Source of the DNA: Amoeboaphelidium protococcarum X5
Lineage: Eukaryota > Fungi > Aphelidiomycota
Direction of reading: 5' to 3'
Length of the DNA stretch: 64,000 nucleotides
Assembly: GCA_023515725.1 (NCBI GenBank)
Contig: JALDTO010000206.1
Coordinates: forward strand, 578,189 to 642,188
Made by a program: the position numbers and the translations under genes
Shown: positions 45,063 through 56,564 of the stretch, in pieces
Numbering within the stretch: position 1 is the first letter of the stretch
Layout: the number at the start of each line of letters is the position of its first letter
Notes under the pieces: generated by a model
Seen by the model: the letters and a program-made list of their open reading frames with translations, nothing else
Databases searched by the model: none
Told to the model about the DNA's origin: nothing

Positions 45063-45638
45063 TCAATCTCTTTTGATATGGCTATGATCGTCATTAATCC
45101 TCTCGGCGTGACTTTCAATGCCGGTGAATTCAAAAAATTTATCAAACGCTGCATCAACCACTTACTCAGCGGGATGATCAAACAGATATGGCAACGCGGG
45201 GATAATCAGCAGTCCAGTCGCTGTTGGGCCCCACTTTTTAAGGGCAGCACTAGAACTGTTTTTAAGGAGAAGCGATGAATACTTCACAGCAGAGTGAATG
45301 GTGATGGCCGGTAGGAGCATCGATGCGACAGATTAAAAAGTCAGTCGCTTAACAAAAACCTCAGCATTCGACTACGTGGTGGCATTTGGTTTTTTACTCG
45401 CCCAATAAGCCTCATTAAGACTGTCATACAAGATGTAAGACCACGCGACTCCATAAGATAATTACACGAATCGAGGATTCATCAATGGCCGCAGACCTTC
45501 TCCAATATCGGAAGAGTATGCAATATACCGCTTAGCAGATAGTGCCAGTGTCTTAATTCTAGCCATATATCCAGCATATCGCAATGAAGTATCGGTAGTC
45601 TCAACGTGATTTGTCTCTGTCTTATCGTCTATACCCAT
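45063..45638 (-). CDS. MTFP1: Mitochondrial fission process protein 1 (MTP18)
   Basis: TTDTSLRYAGY...RYIAYSSDIGEGLRP...SYGVAWSY...FQSVASMLLPAITIH...WGPTATGL..IPALPYLFDHPAE. Missed by the ORF track. Confidence 0.9.
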
Positions 45639-45777
45639 ATCTAAATATATTCCTTATTGAACACACAATTTAGCGCCGATAAGATGGGATCAAATGGAGA
45701 AAGAGAGAGGGGTAAAGTTGAGTGTTATTCAATCAAAATCGCAGAGCTTTTATTCAGACTGTAAAGTCAAAGAATAA

Positions 45778-47055
45778 TCAAACTTGAGACTTTTTGTATA
45801 AATCTTCAGCGCCATTCTTGGCCACAATGATAAACTTCTTGTGCTTTGCCTCTTCAGCGGCAAGCTCAAATCTAGCGGCGCGATCAAGACCACTCTTGAT
45901 GATCATCTCGAAATAAGCTGAATAAGAGATTCCACACAATCCTGCAGTCTTTGGTAAATGCCCATCCCAGCACCAGCCACAGTTCGGATTGCTTTCTAGC
46001 AGACGTGGGTTACCATGAGCATCCAGACGCCAATCAAAACGCGCATAATCTCTGCAGTCGATTCTGCGGAAGACCAGCTTGGACCATTCAGCGACTTGAG
46101 CCTGTTTCTCCTTTGATAGAGTAGTTGGACGCGTAACAATGCCATAGTACGGAGAAGAGGAGTCCCACTTGCTCTCAAAACCACAAATCTTTGGTAGATC
46201 ATCTGGTAGCGCTGAGTAATCTTCCTCAGTGATCGGAAGTACCCAAGGCTCCATTTAGTTAGTGGTCAAGTCTCGCTTCTCCATGACTCCAACGTTGATA
46301 TCGCGGCCAGTGAGGAATTCTTGAACTAAAATAGCGCCCTTCACAAAGAATACATTGCGGATATTATCGATTGCAGCTCTCACTTCTTCGACATTATGAC
46401 AGACGCTTTTAGCGGTAATGCCGAAGGAACCATCAGTGCTGTTAGGCTTCACAATGACAGGGAACTCTAAGCCATACTTTACAGGGTCACACTTTTTATC
46501 AGATTCCAGGTAAACAGATTTTGGTACTGGGACGCCCATTGACTCGGCAATTTTTAACACACCTTGCTTGTCATAAGTAATACCAATACATTTAGGACTG
46601 GCACCGGTGTAAGGAATCTCAAGCATCTCCAGCAGAGCAGTAATGTGCAACTCCATGCGAGAATTGTTCATCCAACCTTCATCACAGAGTTGCAACACGA
46701 TATCAACCTTGTTAGCCTTCTTCAACTTCCGCAGATCATCAATCAGAGTATCATGATTGCATAGCCAAGTGAAACGGTAACGATCTTCAATTTCTTTCAG
46801 AGCTTCTTTGGCGCGCTGCACAGTGTAGAAGTCATCTTCATCCCATTTTCCACCGGGCAAGATATCATTGGGTTTGGTAGGATCACCATGAAGAATGACA
46901 ACATTCAGCGGGTGATCAACTGAGGCGACTTTCAAGTGTTTCAAATGAGCCAGTGAAGAAACGTCAGCAGATGCATCAGAAACCTTGGTCGGAACTTCTT
47001 AGCTAATAACACTAACAGTGGAATGGAGCTACTAATCAGACGGTGCGGTATACAT
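45778..47055 (-). CDS. D-alanine--D-alanine ligase-like ATP-grasp enzyme (prokaryotic type), 425 aa
   Basis: ALLEMLEIPYTGA, YDK, VPVP, FPVIVKPNSTDGSFGI, ILVQEFLTGRDINVGV, CRDYARFDWR, LLESNPNCGW. One in-frame TAA (46255) joins two ORF-track pieces. No intron. Confidence 0.88.
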
Positions 47056-47663
47056 TGACTCTAATTTGATGATTTTTGTTTTGAAGAGAATAACTTTTAC
47101 TACTACTACACAACGAATATGATGCCAATCAATCAATCAATGACTTTGAGTGGATCAGCTAGAGGTTGTTTCACACTCCGCGCTGATCCACCGCCAAGAC
47201 ATGTGATCAACTAAAACACACAGGTGATAGAGATTACAAAATGAACGCTAAAATTATTTACAACATTACCTTTGGATATTCAAACTTTTAAAAGCTTTAT
47301 AAATTATTAAAAGAGACAGTTGTTATGAACTGGTATCTTCAAGATGCTGATCTAACTTGACAACTAACTTTTCCGTTGGGAGGGAGGCGGAGTTTAAAAG
47401 CACGCATCATTCATTTCTGAAACACGGCGTAATTATCGTTCTATAAACTTTCTCACTCGCAATGTATTTGACCAGAATACCATGATGATATCTACTGTAT
47501 ATTTCTAAATTTCAATGACATTCAATATTCTGATATTAAGCTTTTCTTATTGCGAATTTAATAGCTGGCCGTCAATCATGAAATGATGGACTCTATAAAT
47601 AGTCTCATACTCTCTTTTCATTACACTTATCGTTTCAATCACCTGGTGCAATACTTTGAAACA

Positions 47664-48450
47664 ATGGACGAATTTGATTAGATTGCTGGTCAATTACAGT
47701 CAGGTAAGATTATCAAAGCCCTTTGCGCTGAATAAACATCGCTTTCACTTTTGTTTTGTAGAGATAACCGCTGCTTCAACTGATAAAGAATTTTAGGGAC
47801 TCTGCGCGTAATGTAATTAAGTGATCAAGACTTCTGAAGTTACTTTGAAAGCGCAGGGGAAATCCTATCATCAGCATCATTTTTGCTGTGCTCATTGTGA
47901 TAAAAGCATTGAAGCTAAATCTCAGTACATTATCCATCCAGACACGTAGAAATAGTACCATTCCTAATGTTACAATGAAGTTTATGCGCGTCCATGTGCA
48001 TGCTGTGCACTGAAAATAACTGATGGATCAATGGTCAGTTCATAAATCATAAAAGATGGCCCCTCTGTATCGTTTCATCCAGCTTGTTTCACCTGTGGTA
48101 ACAGATTGAAATCTTCTGATGGTAGTGGCGATAATCCAACAGTCAAGGGCTGCGGAGTGCTGTTATTCAAGGATGGACATTCTAGCAAGTATCGCATCGA
48201 CAAAGACGTCATTTTGTGCATTGGATGTCACGACAAACATTTCACTATTGTCTGCTTTGAGTGCAACAACAAAATTTTGCCTGATAGTGATGGCAAGGTG
48301 TCAAGTGTTGTGATAAAAGGCAAATAGTATCACAGCTAATGCTTCAAATGTGCTAGATGTGCTCAGGTCTTTGTAGAATTCAAGGCCTATCCGCTGAATG
48401 ATAAATTTTATTGTCTCAAAGATTATGAGCTAGTGAAGCAAGGTAAATGA
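47664..48450 (+). CDS. Three-LIM-domain protein (paxillin/PINCH-like; intron 47704-47761)
   Basis: CAQC..YHQHHFCCAHC..HSQCY, CACC..FHPACFTCGN..CIGCH, CFEC..YHSQCFKCARC..YCLKDY. Confidence 0.88.
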
Positions 48451-48506
48451 AAATGAACGCGTTCGTAAATACATCGTATGTCTTATCATCATCATTGTCA
48501 TATTGG

Positions 48507-50447
48507 TCACCACTGCTAGCTTTAACTGCTTTTACTTCGGATAGATTTCTAAAATGGCGTCTTGACTCTATTCATAAATCTTGTCCATAGTCCAGGTGAA
48601 GCCACCTATTATACTCCAATCTTGTTAGATTTTTAAACAGGAGGTGAGTCCCGTGCACCTTTGAACTGATTTTTAAATCGCTTCCATCCACTAGCAGGCT
48701 TCTAAGGCTTCTCTTCAGCAGAGCTTTCGACATTGACTGCCGCATCAACAACATTACGGCTCTTAGCATGACGAAACTTGCCATCGGCACCGAAATATTT
48801 TTAATACCACGACTTTTTGCGTTATGCTTTCTAACGCTAACAGAGATCTGTATTACAGGCTTAATCTAGCAATTCCAGGACATTAGTCTATTAGCCTATA
48901 TACGGCTAGAAACCATCACCGCGAAGATCGACCTGATCAGTGAGCAGAACATTTGGATCGCCCGTTTTCCATCTTCGCGGCATAGGCTTGGAAAATTCTC
49001 GAGCATAACTTTCATCATCCAAATGGTGAACTGTTGGAGCTGGCAGAAGCAGTTTGGCTCCGATATCCAACAAATCTTTAGTAACGTATACATCACCATC
49101 AACGTACGCGAATTGATTCTAAAAGTCCATATGCACGTCAAATCGCTCATCGAGCAAGTTGTCGAGTAAACTCAGGATATTGCTAGTTTAAGAGTTCACA
49201 AACTTGTCCATTTCTTCCGTGAGATCCTCGCGAATAATCTTTTGGAATTGATAATTCAACAACTGGCCAATCCAATAAGTCACTATCCCCTTCACTGTGG
49301 AATAGAGGCGCGTAATCACTTTTGCCCAAATACCACCACTTACAAGCTAAAGATTGAGATCCGTCTCAAATTTAAATTCCGGAACAGTGACGTTGACAAG
49401 CATTTTGTTAGAAGTAGTATGCCCAAAGAAACCTTAATCAGCATGCATTCTCTACGCGCGAATATAAGGAACCAGAATACTTTAGAATGAGAACCCAAAG
49501 TCAAAACGGTACTTTAAGCTGAACGCGCGCTAGAGCGGCAATTTTATCTTGAGGCCAATCTCCGCACCAAAAATACATTTCTTGAGAGCAGATACAATTC
49601 CACGATTGGTCAGATCAAGCACCAAATCATGCGGCCTTTACAAAGCGATTGCTCGCAAACTTTCGATTTCAACATTAAATCCCCACATTCCATAGTGCCC
49701 AAGATCTGATGGGATAAGCTCATTAATAATCTTGAGAAGATTATCATTAAAGAATGCAACATCTAGAAATAGATTCTTGATTTCATCCAGTCCATTCTTC
49801 TAGCGAATGATCATCTGTATACCATTATTACTCTGCTGGGAGACTTTCGGTCGTTTGCGAAGAATTTATCGAGGAGTAGGATCCTGGAATGAGGTAAGTG
49901 GAGGCACTGATTACCCACTGGGCGAAAAAGGAACATCACTCGATTGACCTGCTTGAGCTTCCTCTTATTACAGCCAAGGCATGACTGCATTCTCGGCATG
50001 AAAAGTGCCAGTCGGGCCACCTTGACCAATCGAACTGACTTCGCCTGCTCGAATCCTCACAGGTACTGTGATCAGAGAAACGCCGCCTTTGATAATACCT
50101 TTGCCTAAATTCAGAAATCCATTAGCCATAGAATTTACAGATTCAGCCACAGCAGATAGATCAAAGAATTCTCCATCCCTGAGAGGAGGCAGATCCTGCA
50201 CCTCTTCCTCTTCCTCTTCATCATCTGTCTAATCTTCTCTATTCCTGAGACGAGGCAAATCATCGTAATCGCCAATTTGATCGTCCTGTTATCTCTGTAA
50301 ACTCATCAGCCGACGCGTGGATTATACACCTTGTTGGGTTTACGACGCCCTAAATATATTTTCATCCATACACTACGCGGCGAATGCAAAGCACCAAAGC
50401 GCCAAGCATAATCGATATATTCCCATCAGAGTACTCTAAGTCTTCAT
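48507..50447 (-). CDS. Secreted protein, probable BPI/LBP (TULIP)-like domain, 646 aa
   Basis: Continuous table-6 ORF. Signal peptide (LCLALWCFAFAA), acidic linker, then GIQMIIRQKNGLDEIKNLF...FNVEIESLRAIAL...LVLDLTNRGI, weakly resembling the BPI N-terminal domain. Confidence 0.55.
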
Positions 50448-50739
50448 ATATGTGATATTTTTGTACCGGTAATGATTAAATATATAAGCTTGAGAGTATT
50501 GAAAAGTGTTAGAATATAGGAATTTAACTAATCAGTAGAAAATGAATGCGAATCTGTGGTAGGTGATTGAATGGCCACAGATTCACGAGATTTTCACCCC
50601 TTCAGGAGCACGCGGTGAGTGAGCCACGTTAAAGTCACTTGATTCCCACCTGCATGTTGTTCACACCTAAGCCATCAAAGCCACCTCTCCTAAAGTATTT
50701 GGTGGGATTTCAATTAATATATTAAGATTTCCAAATTAA

Positions 50740-52623
50740 ATGACAAATCTATTGTGTTACCAGATGATTCTGACTCTGATATTATGCATCAATCTTATAC
50801 TAGCGGGAGGCCTCACTGCCGAAAGATCCTCGCAAGAGATTAATCCAGATTAAGAATTAAATGATCTGGCTAGATAGTAGTAGTAATAGGCACGAATTAA
50901 TGCTATAAGACGCGTTGCAGAGTAATCATATTCATAGCAGCATACTGGCAGTGGTAAAGCGGCTAGTGTCATCTCTGATTCTGATTCTGGATTTTATAGC
51001 TCATCTTCGGATGATTTTGATGGAAGCGATGAGCAGAGTATTAATCAACTATCAGATGAGCCGACACCTCTATCGTCAGACGATTCTGTTCATGGATCCT
51101 CAATGTCAGGTTAAAGTAGTTTTCAGAATGCCAATGATCAAGTATTGCAGTAGTCTGCCATAGATAGAGAAGATGATGATGATCAATAACAACAACAATA
51201 ACGGCGGAGAAGTAGTCGTTAGTAGTACTCTCTTAAACCGTTAGATTTGACGCCGGGTGAATTGGGGCATCCCAATGAGGACACTCTGTTGGAAATGAAG
51301 TTGAACAAGGGAGATGAAGCGTATTTCTTGGCTCAGTGGCCTAACCGTGAGAGAAGGTTTGATGAGCTTGGTCCGCGTGGTATTGAGATGAATTTTGGCG
51401 CACAGATCTTCTAATAGGTAGTAAGCACTGATAAGATCTTGATGGCACTAAAAAAACTAAAAGGTAGGAACGTGTTTCCTGCAGAGACGCCTATTGTATT
51501 TCCACCTAATGAGGAAGAATCAAATGCCCTTCTATTCCGGTTAACGCGATGGGCAATCGGGCAGGTGATGATCAAAATGTCTAATGTTCGAATTCATGAT
51601 GCTGCATTGGGAACTCAGCGAGGCCTGGCGCATGATATATAATTTTTGAATATTGACGAGCGCTATCTGATCATTGATTAGAAGATTAAGAAGTAGATTG
51701 ATGCGGAAAGGAAGCGAATTAATTAATAGCTTAAAGCTCAGTAAACTAAATGGGATAGATTTAAAGGTATCTTCAAGAAATAGTCGCCAGGTGACGCGAC
51801 TTTGAATGATTAGCTATTTGAGACGCAAAATGAATAGACTGAGTAGAACTCACTACCTAGGATACTTAACAAGTCGAGGTAGCCTGCCAATTATGTTGCA
51901 TACATCCAAGATGATCATATAGACATTGAAATTATTGGTATCACTGCGGAGGCCACGGCTGAGATTTCTGTGGAAGGATACTCTGGTCTGAGCCATAATA
52001 CTGAGTTATTCAACTAAAAGTTTGGCGCGTATTTCCGGATATTTGATGCTGTCCTTAAAGCCAAGATCTAGCTAACACAGAATCACTAGTATGGCTATCC
52101 AACCATCAAAATACTGGGCACTCCATCGTTCCAGTATGCTGCGCTTGAACTGATGTTTGATGGCTCTAAGGGAGACATTCTATTTCATCACATTGGTGAA
52201 TTTGTGGCGAATCAATTTAAACCGATAATTTCATAATCTGTGGCTGCCGTGCTCATTGACAGGCTACCTATGATGGTGGACATCACGAGTGAGATCATTG
52301 ATAGAAGTATCCGCGATACTTTGGCAGTGCAACTTGAAAAGTATCAGCTACCTCCTCGCAAGATTCCGTACCTGCTCATCAATGATTTGAGATGGCGTGT
52401 GGAGAATCAGAAAATTAATGTCGGTCTGAATTTGCTCTATGTAAACGAAGCTGTCAGGGATATCTTAATGGATGCCCATCACCGTATTTAGGAGAGAAAT
52501 CAAGAGTATCCACCGGACGTGATAGATTAGACTATTCAGAGCACCCTCGATGCGGTATACAAGTGGAGGAGATTTACCCGTCCCTCAATGTCGAACCGTA
52601 TCGCCAGATTCTTTGGATACTGA
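50740..52623 (+). CDS. Secreted protein with BPI/LBP N-terminal-like domain, 627 aa
   Basis: Signal peptide (MILTLILCINLILAG), Q/D/S-rich linker, PRGIEMNFG...IKMSNVRIHD...AKIQLTQNHQYGYPTIKI...LELMFDGSKGDILFHHIGEFVANQFKPIISQSV pattern. Confidence 0.6.
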
Positions 52624-52778
52624 CACTCAATAGATGAAAACTGTTAACGTCAAAGAGCCATGATGTAATCAAATAAACTCAATATTCCTATACCGTCATT
52701 TCTTATTATCATAAACTACTACTTATGATTCTTGTGTGTTGTGTGCGTATTAATATTAATTGATGATATACATATAGT

Positions 52779-54253
52779 TCATTATAGACATTCATTAGTG
52801 CCCAAGAGGCGATTAAGAGCAACCAGTTCTTGACGCAATGTGTCCTACTCAGACACCAGATCTTTATGCTATCGCTCAGTGTCTTGCAATTTACCTTCAA
52901 GCCTCTTGATCCAGGCCTTTTTTCGCTCCCGACACCTGTGTGCAGCAATTCTATTCTTCTCTAGGGCGGATAATTTCTTCTTATCCAAGCCTTGCTCCTC
53001 AATTTCAGCTTTCTCAATATCTTCGCGCTCCTTCATAAACGCCTACTCAAATTCTCTATACCCACTGCTCTTCTTCTCAAAAATATGCTTCCTGGACAAT
53101 CCGCCAATCTACTCTCTACTGCCATTATCAGAAGGTTTCTAATAAGGATGCTGACCATAACTCTGATAAGGCATCTACATTGGATTATGCTGGAAATTAC
53201 TCTCCTCCTTCCGCATATCTCGGCGTTACTACGATATGGGAGGCATAGTGTTTGTCTACTAGAGGAATCCATTAGTGAAACTCTATTATTGCAGATTTTA
53301 CAAAGTGAAAGCGTTACCAGTTTCGGGAATTGCGTGATGAAGAGGAGCATTGTAGTCGAGTGTGGATGAATGACCACCAGCGGATAGTGAGAGGTGCTGA
53401 GGTACCTAATGATTAGACAGTGGTGCCTGATTAGGATTGTCAACATGCACAGTGATGGAGGGGATTACAGATACTTGACCAGTCTAATCATTGACGGCGT
53501 AATATGAACCGCCAGCCTGACCAACAACAGCCTTACCAAAATGATCATTAAAGCGGATTAGAGGACCACTTCCACCTGTGCTTCTGTCAGAGCCATCAGA
53601 GCTATGTACCAATGATGTGTTGCCATAATCATAAAAATTGTTGGTGGTGTTATTACGGTGATGATGATGATGATTATGACGAATGTGTTAATGAGCAGCA
53701 GCAGGATGACCATCTTGACCATGAGCACGATTAACAGAGCCACTATTAATGAAAGACTTCTCGAACACATTCTACTCATGATTCAGTGAATTGAGCCCAT
53801 TGTATCCGGCAGACGCGTTAAAAGGCAGAGGTGACTGATTGTCGGTGTAGATGCTATTCCCTGTAGCTGTTGTGCCAACCAAGTGATTAGCAAATCCGCC
53901 ATCAATATTCCCAAATGGTTCAAATTACTGAGGATGAGGGAGAGGGGGATTGATCAAAAACTCTTTATTGTATTCGCTCTACATAAATATAAATAAATAT
54001 TTATACTAATTAAGATATTTAGCATACTAATAACACTTACCTGTGACAAATTAGATACACCTGATGTCAGGTAATGCGCGCCTGGCTGATTATACGCATT
54101 CATTCCACTATAAATACTTCTATTACTACTTCCACCATTGTGCACAGCGCTAAAGTCACTCATCATTATATCATTCTTATTATTATTATTCTCTCTTAAG
54201 CCCAAGCTTTGTGGGATATTCTCTCTTATCCCGATATTATTGCCATCGTCCAT
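52779..54253 (-). CDS. bZIP transcription factor, ATF/CREB (Atf1-like; intron 53979-54040)
   Basis: KKLSALEKNRIAAHRCRERKKAWIKRLE basic region plus leucine zipper. Long H/N/Q-rich N-terminus. Confidence 0.88.
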
Positions 54254-54839
54254 CCTACGGACGTCATTCTGCACAGATTTATTCCCTTACTACGTCTGTT
54301 GACCAAAAGACATTATTATCTTGACCAATGTGCTTATTTGTACTATAAGTGATTAATTTGTTTGTAAATTTTAATGTCTTTAAACTCTTCTTGTGTAGAT
54401 TTAAATGTGATAGATGATGAGGTAATGAAAGAAACTGATTTCGCTCTGTTTTTCCTCCAAATGAGTCATGTCGGCTGAGTGTGAACAGAATTGCGTAAGC
54501 CATCTCGTCTCGTCCCGTACAAGTAAGGGTCGATGAATGAAACTTTTCCTGTAAACAGAATTCGTCACATACTCTGTTTTTACTTTCCTCTGCCTCATCT
54601 CAGAAACCGTTTCACTTTTCGTCTGTTTTATTTTCTCAACAATGTGCGCCTAGTGAATGTTTTATCTTTGGAATGTGGTGGAATGGATTCGACGCTTGGC
54701 TCGCTTACTTAATAGTGTCATGTGATGCTATTTTGGCTCTTTGGTGATCCACTACAATTTGCTATTCTCTCACATTAGTCTCTTTCTCTTTCTTATATCT
54801 TTTTAGTCTCGATAATATCAATACATCATAAACTAAATT

Positions 54840-55454
54840 ATGGAGTTGTATAAAGTTGGAAAGTAGTGTCACTGGAAAGAGTGTCGGTAGCTTGACTATC
54901 TTCCATTTACATGCGAAGGGTGCAAGGAATCCTTTTGTCATGAACACTGGAAAGCTTCATCGCACAGCTGTCCACAAGATGTTCTTGAGCACGGTCAGAT
55001 TAGATGTCTGATGTGCTAGACTATGCTCAAGGTGCCCAACAATCAAAGTGTTGATCGTGTCGTTAGCGATCACATCGACCGAGGTTGTAACACTCAAGGA
55101 GTAGGAAAAGATAAACAGCCATCAACCGGCAGATAAACTAAGCCTACGAGAATTCACATGTGTCATCTGGAAGATTGCAAAAAGAAAGAGGTTGTGAAAT
55201 TTGAGTGTCGCGACTGCAAGTACAACTTTTGTATTAAACATCGACATCCTCTCGATCATAAATGCTCTGGTCCAGCTGTTAAATAATCGCGCGGTGGTTT
55301 CACTTTCCCGTCAGGACAAAAGGTGAACAGTCACTTTCAAAAGATTGGCACTTCTATCACGTCGTGGCTCTCTGGTAAAAAGAGATATGACACTTAATTG
55401 TCAGAAGAGGAATAATTGTAGCTGGCAATTGCTGAGTCTTTAGTTAGAGCGTGA
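54840..55454 (+). CDS. AN1-type zinc-finger protein with C-terminal UIM (ZFAND2/AIRAP-like)
   Basis: VGKQCHWKECRQLDYLPFTCEGCKESFCHEH, CPTIK...VSDHIDRGC, CHLEDCKK..CRDCKYNFCIKHRHPLDHKC, SEEEQLQLAIAESL. Confidence 0.9.
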
Positions 55455-55514
55455 CATTTTGAATAGATTTAAATTTTAAGTTAATGCAATTTCACTCAGG
55501 TGTATATTTTATCA

Positions 55515-56411
55515 TCAAAACATCTTCCAGAGCTATTCGAATTGATCAGAGAATTGTTTTGAGGTGGCTTGGTCATGAATGATGACGATATTCTCTTGAT
55601 TGTTATTACGAGCACCTTTAGTCCAGTTATACGATCCAGTGAGGACTGAATGACCATCAACAACGCAGAATTTGTTATGCATATGGTATTGTTGAGACTT
55701 GTCCATTTTCACCGGAACTCCAGAGCTGGCCAGACGCTCAACATCACTCCCAAGACTTTTACTCTACTCACCATCGGATATGATTCTCACGCGTACACCT
55801 CTCTTATGTGCGGCAAGAATAGCTCTAGCAATATCGTCATCCGTAATAGTAAAAACACATATATCCAAAGTGAAGCGTGCACTCTCCAAAAATCCAACCA
55901 GTGCTTTGAATGATTACTCAGACGGGAAGAAGTGGGTCTGAACACTCAGGGATGTCGCAGTACCAGTGGACACATTACTCATTGGATACGCGTTACCTTA
56001 CTAAGTAATCTAAGAGTATGAACTTTAAGCCGGATATAATTACTATTGCTTTTAGCCTGACTGCTATATACGCGCATATCTATTCATAACTTCTCGGATT
56101 AACACGTCCAAATAATCATTCAGAGGTACAATCTATTGCTTGAACCAGCAATCACGCGTCATCAAATGCAATCTGTACTATTCAAATAACATATTGATGT
56201 GAGCATCTGCCTCTGAGATCTCCTGTGGCAGCTTTGAATGAAACATTGGTACCAGAGCATTTAAAGTATTCATAGCTTACGGTGCACAGCGAAAGGTATA
56301 TTGCACAAATGAGACCACCTCTGGAGTACTTTGAGCATGCTACATGTTAAGAACCTCAGCCTTGTCACTGAGGCCAAAACACTGGAAGACTTCAGACAGT
56401 ATGGGAATCAT
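55515..56411 (-). CDS. PLD6/MitoPLD/Zucchini-like single-HKD phospholipase D/nuclease, 298 aa
   Basis: FFPS..LESARFTLDICVFTITDDDIA..AHKRGVRVRII..MHNKFCVVD..TGSYNWT..NNQEN..FEQLW. Missed by the ORF track. Confidence 0.9.
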
Positions 56412-56564
56412 TATATCACTTTTAAAAATTTACTTTCTAACGAACAAGAGGGAAAAGACAACAATGACAATGCTATAAATTATAATTTTCATTATAATAG
56501 ATTGAGAAATGCAAGCACAGGGGTCACCAACTAAGTTGGACACGCTTTGAAGTTAACCGCTTCA

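Noticed and set aside
50875-50889. TAGTAGTAGTAATAG run resembling stacked stops or a microsatellite
   Set aside because: It is an in-frame poly-Gln tract within the 50740-52623 gene.
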